Assembly: GCA_951406725.2 (NCBI GenBank)
Contig: OX597832.1
Coordinates: forward strand, 7,378,001 to 7,442,000
DNA from: Octopus vulgaris
Taxonomy: Eukaryota
Direction: 5' to 3'
DNA length: 64,000 nucleotides
Each line of letters opens with the position of its first letter. Position 1 is the first letter of the stretch. Below, piece after piece: positions 16,133 through 29,210 of the stretch. Both the position numbers and the translations under genes were made by a program. The notes under the pieces were generated by a model. That model did no database searches and was not told where the DNA came from. It saw nothing but the letters and a program-made list of their open reading frames with translations.

Positions 16133-16583
16133 AACACGCCTTCCCTTATCCTTATTTCTTTCTTCCCTTTTTTTAAAAATTACTAAATACGTCGGAAAGA
16201 AATCACACCGCTCGACTCCTTGCCTCTTCTTCTCTTCTCAACATTTTTCAATTGCCACGTGTAAGAAATTTGCTCAATTTAACCAATTCAAAGCCGTCAT
16301 ACTTAATATTGTGAGGAAACAAAATCTAATTAATGAATAATTAATTATACAATGAAGGGAAGAAAACATTAGCTCAGTAACTAAAGTTAATTTAATCCCA
16401 ATTTAGCAAGTAGGAACGACAACTCTGATTATGTTTATTTGACATCCTCCTTCAAATGTGCACTTCTTTATCGAACGACCTCTTCAAAATCTTTGGGTTT
16501 TATACTCATTCTGTCATCTACTATGCCTTTCACTCTTTATCATCAAAACCCATTAGTTTCCGTGATTAATATTCCTCCTCCCT

Positions 16584-16802
16584 AAGGCGGCAGAGCTGGC
16601 AGAATCGTTAGGACGCCGGGAAATATGCTTAGCGGTATTTCATTCCGTCTTTTCGTTTTGAGTTCAAATCCTGCCGAGGACGACTTTACCTGTCATCCTT
16701 TCGGGGTCGATAAAATAAGTACCAGTCGTGTACTGGAGACAATGTAATCGACTTGTCCCTTCTCCCGGAATTGTTGGCCTTGTGCCAAAATTTGAACTCA
16801 AT
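16584..16802 (+). mobile_element. SINE family A, tail type 2
   Basis: aaggcggcagagctggcagaatcgttag head, B box, central domain, tail 2. Confidence 0.85.
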
Positions 16803-16941
16803 ATTTCTTCTCCCTTCCACTGTCCCCTTCAGCATTTCCTCCTCCCCCTCCCCCTCCCCTCCCCCTCTTACCCCTCCCCCTCTTACCCCCTCCTCCTCCT
16901 CCACCCGCCGCGTATATATGTATGGTGTATGTATCAGAGAT

Positions 16942-17197
16942 GTGGATGTGCGTGGCTTAGTGGTTAGGGTGTCAGCATCATGATCGTAAGATTGTGGTTT
17001 CGATTCCTGGACCGGGCGACGCGTTGTGTTCTTGAGCAAAACACTTCATTTCACATCGCTCCAGTCCACTCAGCTGGCAAAAATGAATAACGCTCCGATA
17101 GACTGGCGTCACATACGCCATAGCTGGAGAACACATACGCCATAGAAACCGGGAAACCGGGCCCACGAGACTGGCTAGGCTTTAAAAGGACGCATTT
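16942..17197 (+). mobile_element. SINE family C (head C2 with V-domain-like tail)
   Basis: Head/CORE as at 13452; tail gactggcgtc...catagaaaccgggaaaccggg shared with 21864-22178. Confidence 0.8.
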
Positions 17198-17222
17198 ATT
17201 ATTTTATTATGTATCAGAGAGA

Positions 17223-17273
<51 letters not shown>

Positions 17274-17384
17274 ACATTGAAAAATATGAAGAAATTGATG
17301 CAAACGTGAATATATACACACATGCACATACACCTACACAATGTAACTTTAGTTCTTTCCCGTCATATTTTCAATAATTCGACA

Positions 17385-17560
17385 CTTTCAACACCAATTC
17401 TGTGTGAAGTTGGCTTCGAGTAATTCTTTCAAAGACATAAGAGAACGCTTAGTCCAAGAAATAGCAGATATCTTCTGCGCGTTATTACCAGCTGCAAATT
17501 GGAAGCTTTACAAGCTTTTCTTGGACGAAGCTCTAGGGAGCTCCGAGGTGAATTCCTAAA
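17385..17560 (+). pseudogene. Possible RLE-type (Hero/NeSL-like) non-LTR retrotransposon 3' remnant
   Basis: TPILCEVG resembles the PxEVGxRG motif; otherwise degenerate. Confidence 0.25.
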
Positions 17561-18585
17561 TTGCACGTTAATGACTCCAACAGATAAGAGATAAATAGAT
17601 AGATAGAGAGAGAGACACAGAGAGAAAGAGAGATAGAGGGAGAGAAAGAGAGAGAGAGAGAAAGAGAGAGAGAGAAAGAAAAAGAGAGAGAAAGAAAAAG
17701 AGAGAGAAAGAAAGAGCCTCTAGAGTCACTAGACCTATTAGAAATAGCAACCTAATCTTCCTCGAAACACTGTATCATCTTAAAAATAATGAACATATCA
17801 GACAATGTAAAACCAGCTTTGTTATTGCTTGAAAGCTCTTTGAACGGTCAATTTGGAGTGACCGAGGGTTAAACAACAACAGAGTAATTTTTGTTTGTGG
17901 TCACTGGACTTGCTAGAAATTGTAAGCCATGTGACTGAGTCACATATTTCCAGTCTTAAATCTAAAAGGAGGAAGAAAGGATATATGAGGACAATATAGC
18001 TGACTGCTTGAAAAGCAAAGAAAAAAACCCAAAAAAACAAAACAAAAAAAACATGGGTGATCACAGTTGGTTTGCTTTTGATCATATTTTCCTCAAATTT
18101 GGGTAGAGCCGAGCCGATGTTAAACAACTATTTTTTTAATGTTCCTTTACTAGATCAATGAACTCTACAGAAAATATTAGTAGATATTCTCCAGATGGAG
18201 AACGATAAATGTTTTTGGTAGTCTTCTGTACTTTCAAGGCTGAAGAATCTGTCAAAACATTGTCTGAAATAGCTTAACATACCTTCACCCATACACTTGT
18301 GGCCGAGAAATACAAAGGTGATAATCAGGAGCGTTGGAAACGGTGGCTGCTAGTCACTTTTGTATCTCAGTACGGATGGGTGGTTAGCGTAGCGATGTCG
18401 AAGATGGATTATATAGGCATAAAAGCATGGCTTTCTTGGAAAAGATGTTCTATTCGCAACAACATGGTCTCGGATTCAGTCCCACGTTGTGGAATCTTAG
18501 ACACGTGTCTAAAACTATAGTCTCGGGTTGGCTAGTTACTTGTGAGTAAAATCGGTAGGCCGAACCTGAGCAGAAGCCCATTGTA

Positions 18586-18664
<79 letters not shown>

Positions 18665-18780
18665 TGATGATGATGATGATGATGATGATAATGATGATAT
18701 AAAAATGTAACAACAAAAGAATGAGACATCGATATTAGAGAAATAGAGGATTATTTATAAATAATAATAATAATAATTTT

Positions 18781-18954
18781 TATTTCTTTATTACCCACAG
18801 GGGGCTAAACACAGAGGGGACAAACAAGGACAGACAAACGGATTAAGTCGATTATATCGACCCCAGTGCATAACTGGTACTTATTTAATCGACCCCGAAA
18901 GGATGAAAGACAAAATCGACCTCGGCGGAATTTGAACTCAGAACGTAGCGGCAG
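18781..18954 (-). mobile_element. SINE family A, 5'-truncated, Tx1-type tail
   Basis: Body and tail match 13126-13358. Confidence 0.85.
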
Positions 18955-19320
18955 AAAAAGGTTGTCATTATAGTACTCGGAGTTTCGAGTGCCGGAGTGA
19001 AGAGCTACGATACATTCCCGTCGGCTATTAATGGCAACAGACGCTACGAAAAACCGTTAAATGTAAGGGTTTTTCGTAGTGCCTTTTGCCATTTTTCAAG
19101 ATCTTCCGGAGCCACTTGGATGATAGCTGTTATGCTCTGCCCGAGCCAATTTTGATGGGCAGAGCGTGTCACTTGTAGGATGTTAATTTTGTCCTCCCTG
19201 TTAAATAACAGGGCGGTCATCACCCCCACGGCTTCAATTTCCGGTGGTACTTCTGTCACCTTAACACGGGACGTGCGCCGCCCCGTATAGGTCGGCAGAA
19301 GCACCACTTCATTTGTTTTT
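18955..19320 (-). pseudogene. Probable Tx1/L1 ORF1 fragment
   Basis: ORF 19044-19307 VLLPTYTGRRTSRVKVTEVPPEI resembles the region before the zinc knuckle of Tx1-type ORF1; GC-rich relative to flanks. Confidence 0.45.
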
Positions 19321-19658
19321 AAAGAGATGACAGAGTTCTAAACCTGGCTACTACTGTGTCAAATGTTCTCTCCCTTGAGATATACATAATGTCATTCCAA
19401 ATTGGGGCAAGACATTGTTCAGTTTTCTTGGTTGTTGTTGTTTAGATCCAGGCCAGCACATATCAGACAGGTATGCGACGAAAGGTAGTCCAGCCGTGAT
19501 TGTCCAGTCTTTTATTCTGAAATAGTGTATCAAAAATTACATTATCCAACTACGTATTGGATTACTACATTATCCAATATTTTTTAATGAGAATGAAGAA
19601 CAAAGTGGTTTGAGAGAGACCTAGAAGCTACGTTCTGGCAGTTTTTGACCACGCAGAG

Positions 19659-20139
19659 CTATAGTTTTCAACCCATTTTTAAGTATGGACCTCTTTGATT
19701 ATTATTTTATTCTGGTGTCCCACACGTAGCCATTCAACATTTAAAACCTAGTTTTATAGATACTTCTTTAAAAAAATTCCTATTTTGTTTTCTACGCATT
19801 AACTTGTGTAGGTTGAGTTATGTAAAATATTTGAGAAAGAAACCAACCTGTTTCTTATTTCTATACTGCCCACAAGGGGCTGCACACAGAGGGGACAAAC
19901 AAGGACAGACAAACAGATTAAGTCGATTATAATGACCTCAGTGCGTAACTGGTACTTATTTAATCGACCCCGAAAGGATGAAAGGCAAAGTCGACCTGCA
20001 ATACAAACCAATACATACATCTACTGCAAATGTTTTTCAGGGACCCTTAAAATACTATTGTGGATCCCCCAATTTACTATTTCGTTTCAAGCACGCCCCC
20101 ACCATCAAATCTAATATGGACCCCAGTTGAGAACAACTG
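19659..20139. mobile_element. hAT (Charlie/MER5-like) MITE interrupted by a SINE A fragment
   Basis: Ends ctatagttttcaacc ... gttgagaacaactg resemble CAGTGGTTCTCAAC TIRs; degenerate 8-bp TSD acgcagag/gcgtaaag. Confidence 0.55.
19850..19998 (-). mobile_element. SINE family A 3' fragment, Tx1-type tail
   Basis: Tail reads tctgtgtgcagccccttgtgggcagtatagaaataagaaa on the minus strand. Confidence 0.85.
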
Positions 20140-20214
20140 GCGTAAAGCCTCTTCTGCGTTGTTGTTTAGCCCCAGGTTAACCTTGATCAAGTAACCTTGT
20201 GATAAAAAGACGTA

Positions 20215-20344
20215 CCTTCTGCCGGAGCTGCGTGGAGATTAGGTGTTTCGCTCATAAACATACACATCACCCGGTTTGAGATTCGAACCCACGATCCCTT
20301 GACCGTGAGTCCGCTGCTCTAATCACTAGGCCATGTGCCTCCAC
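20215..20344 (-). mobile_element. SINE family C, head C1 fragment
   Basis: Similar to 50460-50595. Confidence 0.7.
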
Positions 20345-21093
20345 CTAAGACGACAGAGTGTGTATTAATTTTGTGGGAGGGAGAAGGGGAAAATTTGGCT
20401 ACTATCTCTAGCAGTTCCGATTGACTCGTGAAGCTACAGTGAAAGTCGCAAGTACAAGCTGTCAAACACGGACTCTAATAGATTAACAGGCAGTCAATGG
20501 CGGATAGTTCATTATTTATTTAACACACACTCACGCATACACACAAGCACGCACGCACACACACATACAAAGAAAAATGCACGTATAAACATACTCTCAC
20601 ATAAACATAAACGTTCATACACAAACAAATACACACACATTCACATACATTCATAATAAAGACAAAAACAAAAAAGCAAACAAAAAAACGTGAACATAAT
20701 TCATTGGTTTAAAAAGTTTTTATTTCTGTGGAAATTGAATCATTGCATTCAGATTAAAAACTAATCGGGGAAACATAAAAAAAAAATATGATGTTTATTT
20801 TTATTCACAACGAAAATTTAATAATTAATGCTCCTGGCATAATTATCTTGTACAGTTCTAATCCTTTTAATCACATTGTCAGCATGCGTTTTCAATAACG
20901 TGGGATCTGATTTTCTCCTTTCCTTTATTTTTTTTTGTTTGTTTTTATCAATCTTCCTAAATTGAAGCAAATAAACTTTTCCCTTCTCTTTTTTATTTTT
21001 TAAAGTTCTTAAACTCATCTTTGATTTAATAATCAGCCAGTCATCAGTTTTCAGTCGGCTTCAGATCTGGAGAGGGGCCCTCTCCTCATAGAA

Positions 21094-21146
<53 letters not shown>

Positions 21147-21359
21147 TTGAAGAAATATTTTCACGAGTTTGGCAGAATCAGCAAGTAGATTACTCTTGTT
21201 TGATTTATATTAACTGTCCGACGTTGGATTTATTTAACCCCTGCTCAGTACATCTGTGGTCAAGCGAATCTGAAAGCAATAGCGTTCCAAGTGTGACTAT
21301 TCAGTCTTTTTTGTATATTAGAGAGTCTCTTGTCCAATATATCACTCTTTATTCTTTTT

Positions 21360-21855
21360 TACTCTAGGCAAAAGGCTCAACATTTTTTGGGAGGGGGCTA
21401 GTCGATTAGATCGTCCTCAGTACGCAACTGGTACTTAATTTATCGATCTCGAAAAGATGTAAGACAAAGTCGACCTCGGCGGAAATTGAAGTCAAGACGT
21501 AAAGACAGGAGAAATACCTATTTCTTTACTACCCACAAGGGGCTAAACACAGAGAGGACAAACAAGGATAGACAAACGGATTAAGTCGTTAATTTATCGA
21601 CCCCGAAAGGATGAAAGGCAAAGTCAACCTCGGCGGAATTTGAAGTCAGGACGTAAAGACAGGAGAAATACCTATTTCTTTACTACCCACAAGTGGCTAA
21701 ACACAGAAAGGACAAACAAGGATAGACAAACGGATTAAGTCGTTAATTTATCGACCCCGAAAGGATGAAAGGAAAAGTCGACCTTGGCGGAATTTGAAGT
21801 CAGGACGTAAAGACAGGAGAAATACCGCTAAACATTTCGCCTGGCGTGCTAACGT
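21360..21855 (-). mobile_element. Tandem array of SINE A units (two internally deleted Tx1-tail units plus one tail-2 unit)
   Basis: Unit of about 150 bp repeated, junction aaagaaata|ggtatttc in SINE sense. Confidence 0.85.
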
Positions 21856-21863
21856 ATATATTA

Positions 21864-22178
21864 AAACGATAAACGTCACCCTTTTCAAGCCTTGCCAGGC
21901 TCATGGCCCCGGTTTCCCGGTTTCTATGGTATATGTGTTCCCCCCAGCTGGACGGGACGCCAGTCCATCGCAGCGTTACTCAAGAAACAGGAAGAGAGAG
22001 TGAGAGGAAGTTGTGGCGAAAGAGTACAACAGGGGTCGCCACCACCCCCTGCCGGAGCCTCGTGGAGCTTTTAGGTGTTTTCGCTCAATAAACACACGCG
22101 ATGCCCGGTATGGGAATCAAAACTGCGATCTTCCGACCGCGAGTCTGCTGCCCTAACCAATGGACCATTGCGCCTCCA
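21864..22178 (-). mobile_element. SINE family C (head C1 with V-domain-like tail), about 15-bp TSD
   Basis: tRNA-Arg-like head; tail ctgcgatggactggcgtcccgtccagctgggg; TSD ctaa(c/t)gtatatatta at 21849-21863 and 22179-22193. Confidence 0.9.
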
Positions 22179-22659
22179 CTAATGTATATATTACCCTTTA
22201 TTAATAACGGAAGGATGCTTAGCCCAGCTTCCATTTAGAGTTCCTCGTTCACACAATAGAAGCTAATTGTTGGTTGACGTTCCACTGATGTAATTTACTG
22301 TTGCGTCATACTTATAGACTGTACAGTGGTTAAAACTAACAGGAGGTCAACAAGTATTTGTCACTCTTTGGTTTTAGGTACATATAACCGTGGGATTATT
22401 GATGTAAGCAGAGCAATACGAGGAAAATACAAAATGACACTCGGGTGTCTTGAGTAAGTGAAAGGAATATATAAATGCATGAAATACCATTATTACAAAT
22501 TTCTGCTTCTAATTATTGAACAGTCAAATATTTTGAAGTTATTTAGTTATTTCACTAGCATCGTAAAATAAGAAAACATTTCTAATTATCTGAAAAAAAA
22601 AAATGGATTTGAAAGTAATTGCAAATTGAAAACTCATAAAAATATATTAGAAAATAAAT

Positions 22660-22742
<83 letters not shown>

Positions 22743-22922
22743 ATTTATATATATATGATGAATATATATGTACATATATATACTATATATGTGTATATAT
22801 ATCTACATATATACGCACATATATATGTATATATATATGTGTATATATATATATATATTTGTATATACATATATATATTTGTATATATATATATGTATAT
22901 ATGTATATATATGTATACACAT

Positions 22923-22957
<35 letters not shown>

Positions 22958-23144
22958 AATGTATATACATACATATATACACAGACATATGTAGATATTT
23001 CAAATTGAGTTTTCAATTTAAAATTACTTTCAAATACATTTTCTTTCATAAGAAATGTGGAATGTTTTCTATTTTTTATGATGCTAGTAGAGTAACTACG
23101 AAAAATTTGGCTACTCAAGAGTTAAAAAGAGAAATCAGTAAAAT

Positions 23145-23360
23145 TGGCTCCAAATTTAGCACAAGGCTAGTAATTTTAAGGGGAGGGGGCAAGTGAATTG
23201 CATCAACCCCTGTGCTCAACTTGCAGTTATGTTATCGATCCCAAATGTAAGAAGGGTAATGTTGACCTCGTCGGAATGTGAACCCAACCGTAAAAGACGA
23301 ACGAAATGGGGTTAAGTATTTTTCCCTGCGTGCTACCTATGTTGCCCACTCGCTGCCTTC
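23145..23360 (-). mobile_element. Diverged SINE A, tail type 2
   Basis: Degenerate match to family A. Confidence 0.65.
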
Positions 23361-23451
23361 TTGCTTATGCAACAGAAGTTGCTTTTCTTTTCTTGTTTGG
23401 TACCAAATCATTTCTCAGGAACTCTAGGTGTAGGCATTATTTGTTATAGTG

Positions 23452-24230
23452 GAGGCAGCGAGCGGGCGGAAACGTTAGCACGCCGGGCGAAATGCTTAGC
23501 GGTATTTTGTCTGCCGTTACGTTGTGAGTTCAAATTCCGCCGCGGTCGACTTTAATTTTCATCCTTTCGGGGTCGATAAATTAAGTACCAGTTACGCACT
23601 GGGGTCGATGTAATCGACTTAATACCTATGTCTGTCCTTGTTTGTCCCTTCTATGTTTAGCCCCTTGTGGGTAATAAAGAAATGGGTATTTCGTCTGCTG
23701 TTACGTTCTGAGTTCAAATTCCGCAGAGGTCGACTTTGCCTTTCATCCTTTCGGGGTCAATAAATTAAGTACCAGTTACGCACTGGGGTCGATATAATCG
23801 ACTTAATCCGTTTGTCTGTCCTTGTTTATCCCTTCTGTGTTTAGCCCCTTCTGGGTAGTAAAGAAATAGGTATTTCGTCTGCAGTTACATTCTGAGTTCA
23901 AATTCCGCCGAGGTCGACTTTGCCTTATATCATTTCAGGGTCGATAAATTAAGTACCAGTTTTGCACTAGGGTCGATGTAATCGACTTCATCTCTTTGTC
24001 TGTCCTTGTTTGTCCCCTGTATGTTTAGCCCCTTGTGGGCAATAAAGAAATAAGAATCGTTAGCACGCCGGGCGAAATGCTTAGCGGTATTTCGCAAGTC
24101 GCTATATTCTGAGTTCAAATTCCACCGAGGTCGACTTTGCCTTTCATCCTTTCGGGGTCGATAAATTGAGTACCAGTTGCGTACTTGGATCGATATAATC
24201 GACTGGCCCTTCCCCCAAAGTTCGGCCCTA
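23452..24230 (+). mobile_element. Tandem array of four SINE A units
   Basis: Three units with Tx1-type tail followed by one tail-2 unit; later units lack all or part of the head. Confidence 0.9.
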
Positions 24231-24308
24231 ACATATACTTACACACACACACATACACACACACATACACACACATATACATACACATATGTACATACAT
24301 ACATGCAT

Positions 24309-24339
<31 letters not shown>

Positions 24340-24448
24340 CATATATATACACATATCTATCTATCTATCTATACATATATACACACACACAAACATGCAA
24401 TTTAGCTATATGCATTGATACACACATACACACTCTCTCTCTCACACA

Positions 24449-24509
<61 letters not shown>

Positions 24510-24989
24510 GCATACAATTTAGCTATATCTATGAATACACGCACGCACTCACACAGACACACACTCTCAGACACATACACATGTAGCATTCACGTTATCA
24601 TTTATCAAAGTACATCGGTAAATGCATCTTCAAGCAAAAGGTTCCTCTCGTGTGTAAAATGAATATGGTTCAGTGCCACATAACTTAATATAATGTGGAT
24701 TTAACTGACAAAAAATTATTTCCAGGTACTTATATTAAAATTAAAAGGAAAAAAAAAATTACAGGTCGGAAAAAAATATATTTTATTGCAATACAGAGGC
24801 CTGGAAGTATATTTATTTAGTAAAGTCAAACTCATACATAAATGGACGCCTGCACACGAACTCACACACACATCTATATCTACACACACACACGTACATA
24901 CATACATATAAATGACATACCCCGTTATGTATACTTATATAAAACATAACCCCGTTGTATATATATATAGATATATATATGTGTATATA

Positions 24990-26338
<1,349 letters not shown>

Positions 26339-26448
26339 ATGCACACACTCGCACAAATATATTTGTGTATACACACACATAGATATGTACATATATATCT
26401 ATATACGTATATATATATATATATATACATAGATGTATACATATGTGC

Positions 26449-26540
<92 letters not shown>

Positions 26541-26554
26541 ATCTATTTATCTAC

Positions 26555-26585
<31 letters not shown>

Positions 26586-28055
26586 TACACACACACATCC
26601 TAATAAGCACTCCCTCCGCATTTCAGATTGTTTGATCTGGAACTCCAAGAATCTTATGTACTGCTTAAAATGTTTATGCGATTGAGTTTCCACTAGACAA
26701 AACTGGCAGAAGATTAGCTAAGAAATTCACCGAAAAATCTAAATAACATCTGACCCGACAACAGATCACCTGTCACCTGTCCACTCATCAAACCATATCA
26801 CCTAGAGCCTATCTGTTTTCGGTCTTACCTTTTATGGCTCTTTTCTGCGACGAGAACGAGAACTCATTTTCCTTCTGGGAACTTTTCAATAACCAATGTT
26901 TAAATTCTAATTTTGCTTTCCTTTGACAGGTTTTCCAAATATAAATTCACTGTGCTGAAGGAAAAACACATAGCTATACCAAGTCACCATAATTCAGTAG
27001 TTACACATACACATCTATCATTGGCACATTAATAATGACATACAGACCGTTGCTGTTTTGTATCACATACATTCACTGTGCACAAATACCATACAGTTAA
27101 ATAAACATATTCGCACAAAAGCCTGTTTACAGAGACACATAATCAAACACGCATACCGAAACACAACAACAATTATATACAAGCAATTCCGCATTAACAT
27201 ACACACACTCATGAAATGCGTGCACACATAAATACACACATCGAATGCATTTACACAGTTACATAAACATATATACAATTACATTCACAAAACACATAGA
27301 AATACATCCACACGAATTTCTTAAAACGTACCGAAAATAAATTCATACACCAGCCGATACATACCTACAATTCACATTACCTTCCTTTGTGTGCTTACAC
27401 TGAAAGTCTTTCCTCTTGCAATTTCAAAAACAGACTCTTTTCGCAAACGCTCATGAGTAAACCCGTTTATTTTTCTCTTATTTTTAGCTCCTTTTCCTAT
27501 TACTCTCTCATTTGGTTTGTTTTTCTGATAAAGTCCCAGGACTATAAGATTTCTTTCTTTCCCTCGTTCTGCTTCAATCCAATATAACTATATATCGTGT
27601 AATTCGTTGTCTGTACTGTTATTATACATTTGAATATACTATTCTCCACGCTGACACGGACAAATCTGCTTGTATTCACACCCATCAAATTAGTTTCAAA
27701 TTATAAACTCTGACTCAATTTGGGAATACCACCACAGATTAGATCGGATCTATTTCGTTGTACATACATACATATATCGGTCAGTAGTTCATAAATACGA
27801 AAAGAGTTGTAACATTTAGAAAGCTGTTTGTTATAGCCTTTAAAGCGTTTAGCTGTATAGGCGACTTATCAAACTAAAATAGTCGGAGGCGCACAACCTC
27901 GTTACAACTGGAGGGAGGAAAACGTCGTGGTAAGCTAATTTTGTAAGCAAAAATATTCCGGAATGAGACTCTACTGGCAAACATACACACACTGGTGTAA
28001 ATGTAATAGACTTACTCCTCCCACAAAATTGCTGGCCTGAGCCAAAATTTGAATC

Positions 28056-28124
<69 letters not shown>

Positions 28125-28130
28125 TAATTA

Positions 28131-28757
28131 CTTTTAATCTGCATGTTTGTTATAATCTCTTGTCGAGACGCACCCAGCGTCCTAGGGCGAGAGAAGGATA
28201 AGAAATGTTACAGTATGACTGAAAGCTTGGGGAGAGGAAGTGGCAGGGGCAGTAGCAAAATATTTTCATGTGGTACAACACAGACATTTAAATTGACAGG
28301 GTTTTTCAAACGACGTGGGCAGTACTTGTTAGCACAATCTCTTGGATTTCTCTGAGACATGGTTCTCCTGGGATCTTATCTAGATGTTTTTGACATCCCT
28401 TTCTTATCATACCTAGGACACTCACAATAACAGGAACAGTTCTCGCTTTAAGATGCCACATCTTTTGTATTTCAATTTTCAGGTCCTTATATTTACTTAA
28501 TTTGTCAAATTCCTTTACAGATATATTTTTATCAGTGGGAACAATTACATGTATTAGTCTATAAGTATTTTTTTCCCCGACTTTAATGCCTATGTCTGGT
28601 CGATTAGTCTGGATCATTCTGTTGGTGTTGACGGAAAGTCCCAGAGGATAGTGACATTTTTTCTGTCAACAATTGGCTCAGGATGGTGTTCATAGCAGTA
28701 AGCAGGAGTGTTGATTTTGTAGTATTTGCATATTTTCCAATGTAAATACAATTCTAC
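28131..28757 (-). mobile_element. 5'-truncated R4/Dong-clade non-LTR retrotransposon (RLE domain plus 3' UTR) in a (TAA)n array
   Basis: LHWKICKYY..YEHHPEP..VTILWDF, NRPDI, DKLSKYKDLKIEIQKMWHLK..VPVIVSVLG, REIQEIVLTSTAHV; (TTA)n at 28057-28123 and 28889-28925. Confidence 0.85.
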
Positions 28758-28859
28758 CTTCTTCTTCTTCTTCTTCTTCTTCTTCTTCTTCTTCTTCTTC
28801 TTCTTCTTCTTCTTCTTCTTCTTCTTCTTCTTCTTCTTCTTCTTCTTCTTCTTCTTCTT

Positions 28860-28888
<29 letters not shown>
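28758..28888. repeat. (TTC)n microsatellite
   Basis: Directly visible, pure. Confidence 0.97.
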
Positions 28889-28927
<39 letters not shown>

Positions 28928-29210
28928 GGTTGTAATCGACTGAATCCCTTTGTCTGTACTTGTTTGCCCCCTGTATGTTTAACCCCTTGTGGGCAATAAA
29001 GAAATATGAATCGTTAGCACGCCGGGCTAAATGCTTACAAGTATTTCGTCTGTCTTTATGTTCTGAGTTCAAATTTCGCCGTGGTTGATTTGGCCTTTCA
29101 TCCTTTCGTGGTCGATAAAAATAAGTACCAGTTGAGTATTGGGGTCAATGTAATTGACTAGCTCCTCTCCCTAATTTCAGGCATTGTGTCTTTAGTAGAA
29201 AGGATTATTA
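28928..29210 (+). mobile_element. SINE A Tx1-tail fragment joined to a tail-2 SINE A at the head
   Basis: Junction aataaagaaatat|gaatcgttagcacgccggg. Confidence 0.8.

Noticed and set aside
15512-16134. Ser/Pro-rich extensin-like ORF
   Set aside because: Product of (CAT)/(CAC) repeats.
23452-24230. CRISPR-like array
   Set aside because: Units are whole SINE bodies without unique spacers; eukaryotic context and no cas genes.
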